Shown here piece after piece: positions 37,201-46,782 of a DNA stretch of 61,900 nucleotides (positions are counted from its first letter, which is position 1; the number at the start of each line of letters is the position of its first letter). A program made the position numbers and the translations under genes. The notes beneath the pieces are model-generated. The model did no database searches and was not told the DNA's origin. It saw only the letters and a list, made by a program, of their open reading frames with translations. This stretch comes from Candidatus Saganbacteria bacterium. Its GTDB lineage: Bacteria; Margulisbacteria; WOR-1; XYC2-FULL-46-14. The stretch is from NCBI GenBank assembly GCA_013202975.1, contig JABMQY010000039.1, forward strand, positions 1 through 61,900. Reading direction: 5' to 3'.

Positions 37201-37944
37201 ATGATGGTGAAGATAGTTGGAATGGTGCCGGCACGCATTGAGTCAAGCCGTTTGCCCAGGAAAGCCCTGATTGAGATTGAGGGGATTCCGATGGTGATCC
37301 ATACCTGCAAGCGCTCTAAGCTGGCCAAAAGCTTAGAGGAGGTCTATTTGGTTACTGATAGTGAAGAGATACGAAGGGCAGGAGAGAAATATGGGATAAA
37401 GGTTATTATGACGGGCTGTCAGCATAAGTCTGGTTCGGATCGAATAGCCGAAGCTTGTCAGACGATTGAATCTGATATAGTGGTCAATATTCAGGGCGAT
37501 GAGCCGTTGGTTGATCCGAATCACATTGATGCAATTGTAAAACCTTTAATAGCCGATGCAACATTAAAAATTGCGGTTGGGGTTACAAAATATAATAAGA
37601 AAAATCGTCCTTCCGATATAAAAGCAGTATTGGATCTTGCTGGAAATATTATGTATTGTTCTCGAACAGATTTGCCATCTGATGCTAGAAAACCGGTTTC
37701 AGAACTATTAAAAATGTGTTTTATTGTTCCGTTTAGAAAGGATTTTATTCTTCAGTATGCTTCCTGGAACCCAACCCCTCTGGAAGGTATTGAATACAAT
37801 GAATATTTGCGGGTTTTGGAGCATGGTGTGAAAATGCGAGCGGTAGAAATTAATGATGCAAAAATCAGTGTTGATACGCCGGAAGATTTGGAGATAGTAA
37901 GAGATATTATGCAAAAGGATAAAATAAGGCATTTATATGGATAA
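37201..37944 (+). CDS. kdsB: CMP-Kdo synthetase-like cytidylyltransferase
   Basis: PARIESSRLPRKAL, HKSGSDRIAEA, VVNIQGDEP, TPLE.IE.NEYLRVLEHG, SVDTPEDL. Confidence 0.82.
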   Translation: MMVKIVGMVPARIESSRLPRKALIEIEGIPMVIHTCKRSKLAKSLEEVYLVTDSEEIRRAGEKYGIKVIMTGCQHKSGSDRIAEACQTIESDIVVNIQGDEPLVDPNHIDAIVKPLIADATLKIAVGVTKYNKKNRPSDIKAVLDLAGNIMYCSRTDLPSDARKPVSELLKMCFIVPFRKDFILQYASWNPTPLEGIEYNEYLRVLEHGVKMRAVEINDAKISVDTPEDLEIVRDIMQKDKIRHLYG

Positions 37945-39781
37945 ACTTTGTAAAAGAAGACTGATCTTAATTTCAGACAGAAAAGATTTTCCAAAAACAG
38001 AGTCCAGGGAAGATTGTTTTTGGGTTTTTCTTGGCCGCAAGTATGATCGTTTAAATGAATTAAAAAAGACTGCGCCTAAAGGATTTCAATTCATTGATAT
38101 TGGAGACCTGATCTACGATGAGTCTTATAAGCTTAGACGACCTTACCTTGATTACATCGGTTCACTTAGTTCCCGGTTTTCTTCTCTATCCTGGTGGGTT
38201 TCCCGGATTTCCGAAAAAAATGTAATGGTAAGTCCTGTTTTTCTGTATTTGTGTTATCTAAAGATAATTGTGAAGCTGGCCAATGAAGAGTTAAGAGGCA
38301 GAGATCTTTGTGTTTTTTCTGAGAGCCCGGAACTTTTGAATACAATTGCTAAATTGCCGGTTTTTTCAAATTATTCTCTCAAAAAGTCTTTTCGCTCCAA
38401 TTTGATGAATGAATATCTTTTTTGTCTTATTAGGTTGTCTTATTTTATTGCCCAAAGTTTTTGCCGGAAGATATTGGCCATTAGCTCTCGTCTTTACATC
38501 AGAAAGACCACAATAAATAAAAAATCTTCTCTGGTAGTTATGCGAACATGGGTTAATGATAAAAACTTAGGAGAGAACGGGGTTTTCAATGATTCCTATT
38601 TTGTAAATCTCTATGATTATTTAAAAATAAAAAGCGGCCTCAATGTAGCAATTATCCCGATTTTGTATAATATCGAGCGACCTTTAAAGCAGGTCTTTCG
38701 CTGGTTTAGGGAATCAAGCTCTTTTTTTATTATTCCGGAGGATTTTTATCATTTTAGTGATTATATAAAAAGTATTTACATTTCTTTTAGATCTTCCCTG
38801 TTTTTTAGGGATTCTTTTGATTTTATGGGGTTGGATCTAAGTCTAATATTCAGAGAGGAGGCCAGGAAGACCTTGTTTGAGCCGGGTGCCTTACAGGTTA
38901 TTATGCATTATTTTTTAATAAAGAGGCTTAAGGCAAAAGACCTTAAGATAGAGAATTTTATTTTTACTTTTGAAAACATGTTCCCCGAAAAACCTTTGAT
39001 CCTGGGGATTGAAAGATTTTATCCTGGAGCCCAAAAGATAGGTTTTCAGCATAGTGTTTTATTTCCCTTATTATTGAGTTTGTATGTTTCAAATAATGAG
39101 CTTGGATTTATCCCAATGCCTGATAAGATCATTTGTTCAGGAAAGTTTTCTATGAATAAGATGATAGAGGAGGGATATCCATCAACTGTCATGACTCTTG
39201 GTCCGGCTCTTCGTTTTCAGCATCTTTTGGGTTCAAGTAAAAATGACAATGAAGAAGCTAATTTAGTTAAAGTTGTCTTAATTGCTTTACCCCTTTCGCC
39301 AAGTGGGGTCGAAGATGTGCTTTTTAAGGCCTGGCAGGCGCTTTTGGGTTTTGCCGATATTAAGATTAAATTGAAAGCCCATCCCATGATGTCTAAATCT
39401 GAGCTTTCATCTGTTTTTAATAAGCTTAATATTGTTGAAAATAAGGTCGAATCTGTCCGTGGTCCTATGAAAGATATTCTTCCAAAGATCGATCTTATGA
39501 TTGCTGCTGCCTCGGGAGCGGTTTTGGATGCAATTGCTTATGGAGTTCCGGTAATTAGGGTGAGGCAGGATCTTGATCTGAATCTTGATCCTATGGATTG
39601 GTTTCCTAGAACTGAATTGCAATTTGTTGCGAGAACAGCTCAGGAATTAAAAAATGAAATAAGACGAGCCCTATCTTTGGACCGGTCACAACTAAAGCAA
39701 TTGAAGGTAGAGGGAAAGAGTCTGATTGAGCAGTGTTTTTCTCCTGTAGAGGAGAAGGTGATGGCTGTTTTTATGGGGTAA
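37937..39781 (+). CDS. Large surface-carbohydrate biosynthesis protein (LIC13510-like), putative ulosonate transferase
   Basis: SWWVSRISEKN, FEN..PEK, IGFQHS, PDKIICSG, PALRF, KAHP, SGAVLDAIAYGVPV. Confidence 0.55.
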   Translation: MDKLCKRRLILISDRKDFPKTESREDCFWVFLGRKYDRLNELKKTAPKGFQFIDIGDLIYDESYKLRRPYLDYIGSLSSRFSSLSWWVSRISEKNVMVSPVFLYLCYLKIIVKLANEELRGRDLCVFSESPELLNTIAKLPVFSNYSLKKSFRSNLMNEYLFCLIRLSYFIAQSFCRKILAISSRLYIRKTTINKKSSLVVMRTWVNDKNLGENGVFNDSYFVNLYDYLKIKSGLNVAIIPILYNIERPLKQVFRWFRESSSFFIIPEDFYHFSDYIKSIYISFRSSLFFRDSFDFMGLDLSLIFREEARKTLFEPGALQVIMHYFLIKRLKAKDLKIENFIFTFENMFPEKPLILGIERFYPGAQKIGFQHSVLFPLLLSLYVSNNELGFIPMPDKIICSGKFSMNKMIEEGYPSTVMTLGPALRFQHLLGSSKNDNEEANLVKVVLIALPLSPSGVEDVLFKAWQALLGFADIKIKLKAHPMMSKSELSSVFNKLNIVENKVESVRGPMKDILPKIDLMIAAASGAVLDAIAYGVPVIRVRQDLDLNLDPMDWFPRTELQFVARTAQELKNEIRRALSLDRSQLKQLKVEGKSLIEQCFSPVEEKVMAVFMG

Positions 39782-39786
39782 TTTTA

Positions 39787-40713
39787 ATGAAATTTTCAGT
39801 AGTAATTCCTTTATATAATGGGGCTAAGACAATAGAAAAAACACTTGATTCCGTTTTGGCCCAAAGTTATAAAAATTATGAGGTTATCTTAGTCAACGAT
39901 GATTCTCCTGATAATGTTTCTGATGTGGTTAAAAAGTATATTTTGAAACATCCCAATACTAAGTTTGTTTATATTGAACAAAAAAACAAGGGATTGGGGG
40001 GAGCGCGGAATACAGCTATAAAAGATGCTTCCGGAGAGATAATCGCTATTTTAGACCAGGATGATATCTGGTATCCAGAAAAACTCGAAAAAGTTGCAAA
40101 AATCTATAAGGAGAAACCAAAGGTGTCTGTGATAAGCCATGCTCTTAATGTACGAAAAAGCGGCAAAATTATTAGGTCTCTTCATGATGGGCCTAAAGCG
40201 GCTGATATGTATCGGGCATTGTTGTTCGGTGGCAACCGGCTTTCTACTCCTGCTGTTTGTTTTCGAAAAGAGATAATCGATTCAATCGGCTATTTTTCTG
40301 AGGATAAGAATAATTGTTACCTAGTGGAGGATTATGACCTATGGCTTAGGATAGCCCGGGCAGGCTATAAATTTGAGTTTTTGCCGGATATTTTAGGGGA
40401 ATATACATTACACGCCGAGAATTTTGGGGCATCCAGTTTTAAGCGGCTTTATTTGAGCGAAATTAGTGTAATGGATAAAAACTATCGTTTATTAAAGAAA
40501 AAAAACGTACTGGATTGGTATCTGCTGCGCCGCCACAGGGCAAAGGTCTTTTATATGATTGCGGTTAAATATTTTTCACAGCTGCACGATAATTGGATGA
40601 GCATGATCTATTTATTAAAGGCTTTTTTAAGTGATCCTTTCTTTTACTTTTACTTTTTAAGTATTGCTATTAGACGAGGGATGAATGTTTTTAACAGAAA
40701 AGGAGATTTCTAA
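39787..40713 (+). CDS. Family 2 glycosyltransferase
   Basis: FSVVIPLYN, VNDDSPD, NKGLGGARN, LDQDD.W.PEKL, EDYDLWLR. Confidence 0.93.
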   Translation: MKFSVVIPLYNGAKTIEKTLDSVLAQSYKNYEVILVNDDSPDNVSDVVKKYILKHPNTKFVYIEQKNKGLGGARNTAIKDASGEIIAILDQDDIWYPEKLEKVAKIYKEKPKVSVISHALNVRKSGKIIRSLHDGPKAADMYRALLFGGNRLSTPAVCFRKEIIDSIGYFSEDKNNCYLVEDYDLWLRIARAGYKFEFLPDILGEYTLHAENFGASSFKRLYLSEISVMDKNYRLLKKKNVLDWYLLRRHRAKVFYMIAVKYFSQLHDNWMSMIYLLKAFLSDPFFYFYFLSIAIRRGMNVFNRKGDF

Positions 40714-41558
40714 TGATTTTAGTAACCGGGGCAAATGGAATGGTCGGCTCATATGTGAAAGGTGTTTTTGTAGAAGAGCGGTTAGCGTTAACAGATATTC
40801 CGGAGATGGATGTGTGCAGAAAGGATTTGGTTTTTTCATTAGCGGAGAAATATAAGCCTGATATGATATTGCACCTTGCAGCGGAGACGAATGTTGACAG
40901 GTGTGAAAAGGAGATTGACCATGCCTACAGAACAAATGCCTTGGGGGTGCAAAATGTGGCTTTAGCCTGTCAGCATTTGGGGGCAGAAATGGTCTATATA
41001 AGTACCGGAGGGGTATTTGACGGCAAGGCCGGTCAGGTTCATACGGAATTTGACTTACCGAACCCCTTAAATGTTTACAGTAAGGCAAAGTATGAAGGAG
41101 AGAGGCTTGTCGCAGCGCTTTTGAATAAATATTATATCTTTCGGGCCGGCTGGATGATTGGCGGCGGACCGGCTAAAGATAAGAAGTTTGTGGGAAAGAT
41201 TATTGAATTATGTAAAAATCGAAAGGAGATAGAAGTTGTTAGTGATAAATTTGGCAGCCCGACTTTTGCACAGGATTTTGTAAAATCCATAAAAAAGATT
41301 GTTCATACGAAAAATTATGGTTTATATCATCTGGTAAATACCGGGGTATGTAACCGTTATGAAATTGCCCAAGAAATCGTTAAACTGCTCAAGGTTGATG
41401 TGAAAATCAAACCGGTCTCCTCTGATCGGTTTCCTCTGCCGGCTCCTCGATCGGCATCTGAAGCAATGAGGAATTACAAGCTTGATTTATTGGGAATTAA
41501 TCCTATGCCCGAGTGGAGGCAGGCCCTTTCTGCCTACCTTAAGGAATGGCAGAAATAA
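40713..41558 (+). CDS. rfbD: dTDP-4-dehydrorhamnose reductase (RmlD-like)
   Basis: TGANGMVG, HLAA.TNVD.CE, YIST..VFDG, P.NVYSKAK, D.FGSPT, PAPR. Confidence 0.88.
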   Translation: MILVTGANGMVGSYVKGVFVEERLALTDIPEMDVCRKDLVFSLAEKYKPDMILHLAAETNVDRCEKEIDHAYRTNALGVQNVALACQHLGAEMVYISTGGVFDGKAGQVHTEFDLPNPLNVYSKAKYEGERLVAALLNKYYIFRAGWMIGGGPAKDKKFVGKIIELCKNRKEIEVVSDKFGSPTFAQDFVKSIKKIVHTKNYGLYHLVNTGVCNRYEIAQEIVKLLKVDVKIKPVSSDRFPLPAPRSASEAMRNYKLDLLGINPMPEWRQALSAYLKEWQK

Positions 41559-41574
41559 TAATCCCATTATTTTT

Positions 41575-42663
41575 ATGAAAAAGAAAAAAAGAATTCTTAT
41601 CTTTGATTATGCCAATAGTTATGGCGGGATTAATACTTATTTAGAGAATTTAATTCCGGGATTTTTGAACGAATTTGATGTTGTTTTGGTCTCTGCTAAA
41701 AAACAGGAGGTATTTGAGCAATTAAAGGAAAAATATTCGCTGCCATATTATATTATCCCGATAAAAAAGTGGCAATTTTGTTTTGGTGTGTTCCAATATG
41801 TTTTTCTGCTGATTAAGGAGAAAATTGATGTGATTCTTGCCTCAGAATTGACCGGAAGTGTTTTGATCCGTTATTTGAAATTATTTTTACCGTGGATTAA
41901 ATTTATATGTGTAATCCATGCAAATGCCCGGGAATACACTCAGCATTCAAGAATATTTCTTAAAACTATTTCAATCTTAAATAAGATTTCTTATCTTTTA
42001 GTAGATAAATATGTTTGTGTTTCCAATTATTTAGTCAATGAATACCTTTCTCTTGAGGGAATTCCGAGATCACGCATTGCAATGATTTATAATGGCTTGA
42101 AATTAACTGATAGCCCTTCTTTTCCTAAAACCCGGCAAAAACCTTGGAAAATTGCCTACATTGGAAGACTTTCTCATGAAAAGGGATTTGATATCTTTCT
42201 TCAAGTTGTAAAAAGGTTTATTCCCGAAATAAATGACTACCAGTTTCATATTTTTGGAAATGGCAAATATTTGCTTGATCAAGCGAAGTTAGTTGAGAAT
42301 GGATTCCCTGGGTTAATTAAAAATCATGGTTTTGTGAGTAATTTGTATGATCATTTAAAAAAAATCGATTGTGTCATTGTGCCTTCAAGGACAGAGGGCT
42401 GTCCTTATAATGTGTTGGAGGCTTTCTCTTATGAAATTCCTGTAATCTCCTTTGATGTCGGAGGATTACCAGAATTAATAAAGAACAATGAAACAGGAAT
42501 ACTCTGTAAATTTGGTGATATTGATGCTATGGTTTTTGGGATCAAAAAAACAAAGAATGCTGATTTTAGGGATTATTTAGTTAGAAATGCCAGTGAATTT
42601 ATGAAACGTTTTTCTGTTGAAATAATGCGAAAAAAGTATGTTGATTTAATCAAGAGCCTGTAA
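41575..42663 (+). CDS. Family 4 glycosyltransferase
   Basis: YGG, IGRLSHEKG, PSRTEGCP..VLEA, DVGGLPE. Confidence 0.92.
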   Translation: MKKKKRILIFDYANSYGGINTYLENLIPGFLNEFDVVLVSAKKQEVFEQLKEKYSLPYYIIPIKKWQFCFGVFQYVFLLIKEKIDVILASELTGSVLIRYLKLFLPWIKFICVIHANAREYTQHSRIFLKTISILNKISYLLVDKYVCVSNYLVNEYLSLEGIPRSRIAMIYNGLKLTDSPSFPKTRQKPWKIAYIGRLSHEKGFDIFLQVVKRFIPEINDYQFHIFGNGKYLLDQAKLVENGFPGLIKNHGFVSNLYDHLKKIDCVIVPSRTEGCPYNVLEAFSYEIPVISFDVGGLPELIKNNETGILCKFGDIDAMVFGIKKTKNADFRDYLVRNASEFMKRFSVEIMRKKYVDLIKSL

Positions 42664-42681
42664 ATGTATTAGGAGTTGTTT

Positions 42682-44019
42682 ATGTTAGATCTTCCAATCG
42701 TATTCTTTGCAGTAGTCGGGATTTTTGTTATCCTATTGCTGCTGATTCACCCGCGATTTGGAGTATATTCTTTTTTACTTTTTGCACCTTTTAGCTATTA
42801 TTATGCTTTTTATGCGATTGATCCTGATACAACCGGGACTCTTTTGCAAAAAAGCACTAAGGATATTTTTATCCTGGTTGTCTACTTGTTTTGGATTTTT
42901 TACGTTTTGATAAGGAAACAGACGAAGTTTTCTGCATTCCAATCCACTTTTCTTATATTGATTTTTGTTTTTATTGCAATAATGCAGATGGTGCGAGGGA
43001 TACCTTCTTCTGCTTATGCTTCTGTAATTGGATTGCGAAATATGATCGAATTTGTGCCATTAGTTTTTTTGGTTCCATCCTTGTTTTTAGATATTAAAAG
43101 TATCAAGCGTATTGTGAGTTTATCATTTCTTTGTTGTCTTATTGTCTCCTTATTGGGAATATATGAGGTATACTTTAAGACAAAGTCATTCTTTGCTTTG
43201 ATTGATTTTAGAATTCATTCCACTTTGTATAATCCGAACAATTTGGCGATCTATTTGGCTATATTTTTGTTGATGCTGTTAGGCTTATATTTTAAGAAAA
43301 CTTATTTTGTCAATAAGAAACTATCGCAATTCCTGCTCCTTTTAATATTTGCCTGTATTGTTCTCACTTTTTCCCGCGGGGCAGTAGTGGGTCTATTTAT
43401 GGGCATGATATATTTGTTTGTTGTTAATAAGAAAAAGAAGCTTATTTTGGTGAGTATTCTTGTTTTTGTTCTAAGTATGCTATTGGTTAGCAATTATGTC
43501 GGGAAAGGAATCGACCGGTATAGAAAATATGCTCGAGGGGAGACTGATGCGTCTGTAACTGTTAGACTGGAAAATGTCAACTTAGGCTTACAAATGTTAG
43601 CAGATAAACCGCATTGGTTGTTTTTTGGGGCGGGGTTTGAAAAGGTTACTGGAGTTGCGGCTCAGGATAAGGATTCTGCCAATAGTAGTAAGACAAAGTG
43701 GGTAGGTAAATCTGATATTCCTGCAGACAATCATTATTTAGCCCTGCTGATGGGGGGAGGGATCTTTTCTTTGCTTATTTTTTGGGCAATTTTGATTTTT
43801 TTAATAAAAGAAACAAAGAAGTTATTATTTATAGCGGTTGATCCTTTTCTTGTGGGGGTATTGCAATCTATATGTGCGATTTTTATTTTATTTATGATTA
43901 CAGGTTTCTTTGGATCGACATGGTCATCTTTTCCTGCAAATTTTTATTTTTGGTTTTTTGTGGGAATTTTAATTTCAATAAAAATGATAATTAAAAAGGA
44001 GCAGGCGGTTAAGTGTTGA
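42682..44019 (+). CDS. O-antigen ligase/polymerase (WaaL/Wzy-like)
   Basis: ~11 TMs, RIHST.YNPN, TFSRGA, S..VR, GAG, ADNHYL...GGI. Confidence 0.8.
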   Translation: MLDLPIVFFAVVGIFVILLLLIHPRFGVYSFLLFAPFSYYYAFYAIDPDTTGTLLQKSTKDIFILVVYLFWIFYVLIRKQTKFSAFQSTFLILIFVFIAIMQMVRGIPSSAYASVIGLRNMIEFVPLVFLVPSLFLDIKSIKRIVSLSFLCCLIVSLLGIYEVYFKTKSFFALIDFRIHSTLYNPNNLAIYLAIFLLMLLGLYFKKTYFVNKKLSQFLLLLIFACIVLTFSRGAVVGLFMGMIYLFVVNKKKKLILVSILVFVLSMLLVSNYVGKGIDRYRKYARGETDASVTVRLENVNLGLQMLADKPHWLFFGAGFEKVTGVAAQDKDSANSSKTKWVGKSDIPADNHYLALLMGGGIFSLLIFWAILIFLIKETKKLLFIAVDPFLVGVLQSICAIFILFMITGFFGSTWSSFPANFYFWFFVGILISIKMIIKKEQAVKC

Positions 44020-45929
44020 TCGTTCTACCTTTCATTTTTTTGACATTATTATTTCTTGTTTTGGTTCAAAGGTTTAATCTGGGTAAGAGGGATGGCTTTC
44101 TTTGGTCCGCTGTTGTTGCGGGGGTATGTTTGGTCTTTTTTGTTGAAATGTTAAGCCTTTTTTCTCGGTTAAATGCTATCTATCTTTCTCTTGCTTGGTC
44201 CTTGGCAGCTGTTATTTTGGTAATTATTCTAATAAGGCATAAAATAAGGCATAAAAAAAAGCTTCTATGTTTTGAAGCAATAAAGATTCCAGCTGGGTAT
44301 GTGGATAGAATAATGATTGTTCTTATCATAATAATTGTTCTAATTACCGTATTCCTTGCTCTTTTTTCGCCCCCCAATAATTATGATGCCATGACCTATC
44401 ATATGAGCAGAGTTGCTCATTGGATGCAGAATCATAATATAGAGCATTATCCGACCCATATAATAAGACAATTAATTATGCCTCCTATGGCCGAATTTAT
44501 GGTTTTGAACCTTCAAATTCTTTCCGGTAATGATTATTTTGCTAATTTTATTCAATGGCTTAGCATGATTGGCTCATTAATTATCGTTTCTCTCATTGCA
44601 AAAATATTGGGGGCCGATTATCGAGGACAGATATTTTCTGTCTTTATTGCGGCTACTATTCCCATGGGTATTATGCAGTCCTGCAGTACCCAGAATGATT
44701 ATGTAACCGCATTTTGGCTGCTTTGTTTTGTAGTTTTTATTCTTAAATATAGTTATGAGAAGGCCTTTGTTAATATTTTGGGATTGTCATTTGCGCTTGG
44801 TCTTGCAATCTTAACAAAGGGGGTGGTATATATTTATGCTTTTCCTTTTGGTCTATGGTTATTTTTTTTATTTGTAAGGCGAAAGAAATGGGGTTTTTGG
44901 AAGCCGCTGCTATTGCTTTTATTTGTTGTTTTCTTAATAAACTCTGGCCATTATACCAGGAATATTAAGCATTTTAATTCTGTTATTGGTCCTCCTACCG
45001 ATGTCTACCTGAATGAGGTTTTTTCAATAAAAAATACATCCTCCAATATTCTCAAATACTCTGCTTTAAATCTTAATACACCATTTGATGCTGCAAATAA
45101 AATTATATATAAAGGTGTTTCTGTTTTTCATAATATTTTAAATATAGACATTAACGATAGAAGAACCTCGGCATTTACTGAATTTAGTGTTATGGAATAT
45201 GCTCCGCATGAGGATCTTGTGGGAAATCCTCTGCATTGGCTTATAATATTATTTTCGGGGATATTTTTAATATCAAAAAGTAGGGACGCAAGATATCATA
45301 AGATGCTTATTTATTTTATTTTGGTTTTTAGTGGTTTTTTGATGTTTTTTATGGTCATCAAATACCAGCCATGGCTAAATCGATTGACCTTATCTATATT
45401 AATATTGTTTTCACCCGTTATTGGAGCCTTATTTGATAAGTTTCTATCTAAAAAGATCTTAGTGACAACTTTTGTGCTTTTATTGTTTATTGGAACATTG
45501 CCACTTTTGTTAGTCAATGTTAAGAAGCCCCTGATTCCGCCTCCTTTTGTTCCGGAAAAATATAAGTACTCAATTTTGTCTAAGCCCCGTGAGTTTTTTT
45601 ATTTTGCGGCAAAGCCGGAAACCTACGAGTGCTATAAAAAAGTAGTAAATATTGTTAAAGAGCGGGAATATCAACAAATTGGCTTGATAAAGATTGAAAA
45701 TGAGTATCCCCTTTGGATTTTGTTAAAAAACAGCAATATTAATTTTAGATTGGAACATATGGAAGTAGAGAACCCTTCAAAATCAATTCAAATAGATTTT
45801 TCACCTTCCGCCGTAATTGTAGTAGATCCAAATCCTGACATTGATCAAAAATATATAAGCATTTTTAAATATCATGAGATAATTGGTAGAGATAGTTCTG
45901 GTTTAGAAGTTAAATTATACGGTCGCTAG
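44013..45929 (+). CDS. GT-C (ArnT/PMT-like) membrane glycosyltransferase
   Basis: PPNNYDAMTYHMSRVAHW, STQND, GLAILTKG, many TMs. Confidence 0.75.
   Translation: MLIVLPFIFLTLLFLVLVQRFNLGKRDGFLWSAVVAGVCLVFFVEMLSLFSRLNAIYLSLAWSLAAVILVIILIRHKIRHKKKLLCFEAIKIPAGYVDRIMIVLIIIIVLITVFLALFSPPNNYDAMTYHMSRVAHWMQNHNIEHYPTHIIRQLIMPPMAEFMVLNLQILSGNDYFANFIQWLSMIGSLIIVSLIAKILGADYRGQIFSVFIAATIPMGIMQSCSTQNDYVTAFWLLCFVVFILKYSYEKAFVNILGLSFALGLAILTKGVVYIYAFPFGLWLFFLFVRRKKWGFWKPLLLLLFVVFLINSGHYTRNIKHFNSVIGPPTDVYLNEVFSIKNTSSNILKYSALNLNTPFDAANKIIYKGVSVFHNILNIDINDRRTSAFTEFSVMEYAPHEDLVGNPLHWLIILFSGIFLISKSRDARYHKMLIYFILVFSGFLMFFMVIKYQPWLNRLTLSILILFSPVIGALFDKFLSKKILVTTFVLLLFIGTLPLLLVNVKKPLIPPPFVPEKYKYSILSKPREFFYFAAKPETYECYKKVVNIVKEREYQQIGLIKIENEYPLWILLKNSNINFRLEHMEVENPSKSIQIDFSPSAVIVVDPNPDIDQKYISIFKYHEIIGRDSSGLEVKLYGR
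44231..44254 (+). repeat. In-frame 12-bp tandem duplication AATAAGGCATAA x2 (IRHK-IRHK)
   Basis: Read directly from the sequence. Confidence 0.85.
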
Positions 45930-45972
45930 TGCCTTTTCTGTCAGTGTGTTAAAATATTTAATGAGGGAAAAA

Positions 45973-46782
45973 ATGGACCAGCAAGAGTATCAAAGAATTG
46001 CTTCTATTAACAGGAAGGTTTATGATTCAAAAGCTAAACCAGAATTGCCCCCGTCCGGTCATAATGATTCAATTCTAGAAAGATTTTATAATAAGCAAAT
46101 ATCAGATATTTATAAATCTAAAGGCGATTCTCCCAGAGTGCTTGATATTGGCTCTGGAGAGGGGTTAATGACCCTCAAGTTGTTAGATCTTGGGGCAGAG
46201 GTTACTTCAGTTGATATTTCTAGTGAACAGCTTAAGATTTTAGGGAAGAGGTGTGCTAAATATAAATCCAAGCTAACAATCCGTTGTCAAGATGTTCTAG
46301 AGGCAATCAATTTACTTAAATCAGAAGAAAAACACTTTGATATTATTGTGGCTTTTTCGTTTTTGCACCATGTTCCTGACTATCTAAGCCTTATTAAGCA
46401 GAGTATTCCTCTTTTATCTCCTGGGGGGTATTTTGTTTCATTTGCTGATCCGATGAAATATGATTCCGTAGATAGTATGACTAAAATATTAAGCGCTTTT
46501 GGATATTATTCTTGTCGAATTCTGAGGGGAGATATTCTGGCTGGCATAAAACGTCTTTTCCGTCGCTCCAGAGGGATCTATTTAGATAATCCGGAAGACA
46601 ATTGTGAATATCATGTTATACGTCAGGGGGTTGATCAGAATGCCATTTCGAAATTATTAACCGGGTTGGGATTTGATTGTCAAATCAAACCCTATTTCGG
46701 GGCACTCTTCCAGCCTGTGCAGTTTTTAGGATCTAAATTGAACAGGAAAAATGTTTTTGCCATTATTGCAAAAAAGCAATGA
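45973..46782 (+). CDS. Class I SAM-dependent methyltransferase (ORF extends to 45946)
   Basis: VLDIGSGEG, VDIS, FSFLHHVPDY, LSPGG. Confidence 0.88.
   Translation: MDQQEYQRIASINRKVYDSKAKPELPPSGHNDSILERFYNKQISDIYKSKGDSPRVLDIGSGEGLMTLKLLDLGAEVTSVDISSEQLKILGKRCAKYKSKLTIRCQDVLEAINLLKSEEKHFDIIVAFSFLHHVPDYLSLIKQSIPLLSPGGYFVSFADPMKYDSVDSMTKILSAFGYYSCRILRGDILAGIKRLFRRSRGIYLDNPEDNCEYHVIRQGVDQNAISKLLTGLGFDCQIKPYFGALFQPVQFLGSKLNRKNVFAIIAKKQ

Noticed and set aside
29842-37944. Phosphonate or serine/aromatic-catabolism operon
   Set aside because: No PEP mutase or phosphonopyruvate decarboxylase, no serC or ACT domain, no ring-cleavage genes; the cytidylyltransferases are NeuA/KdsB type
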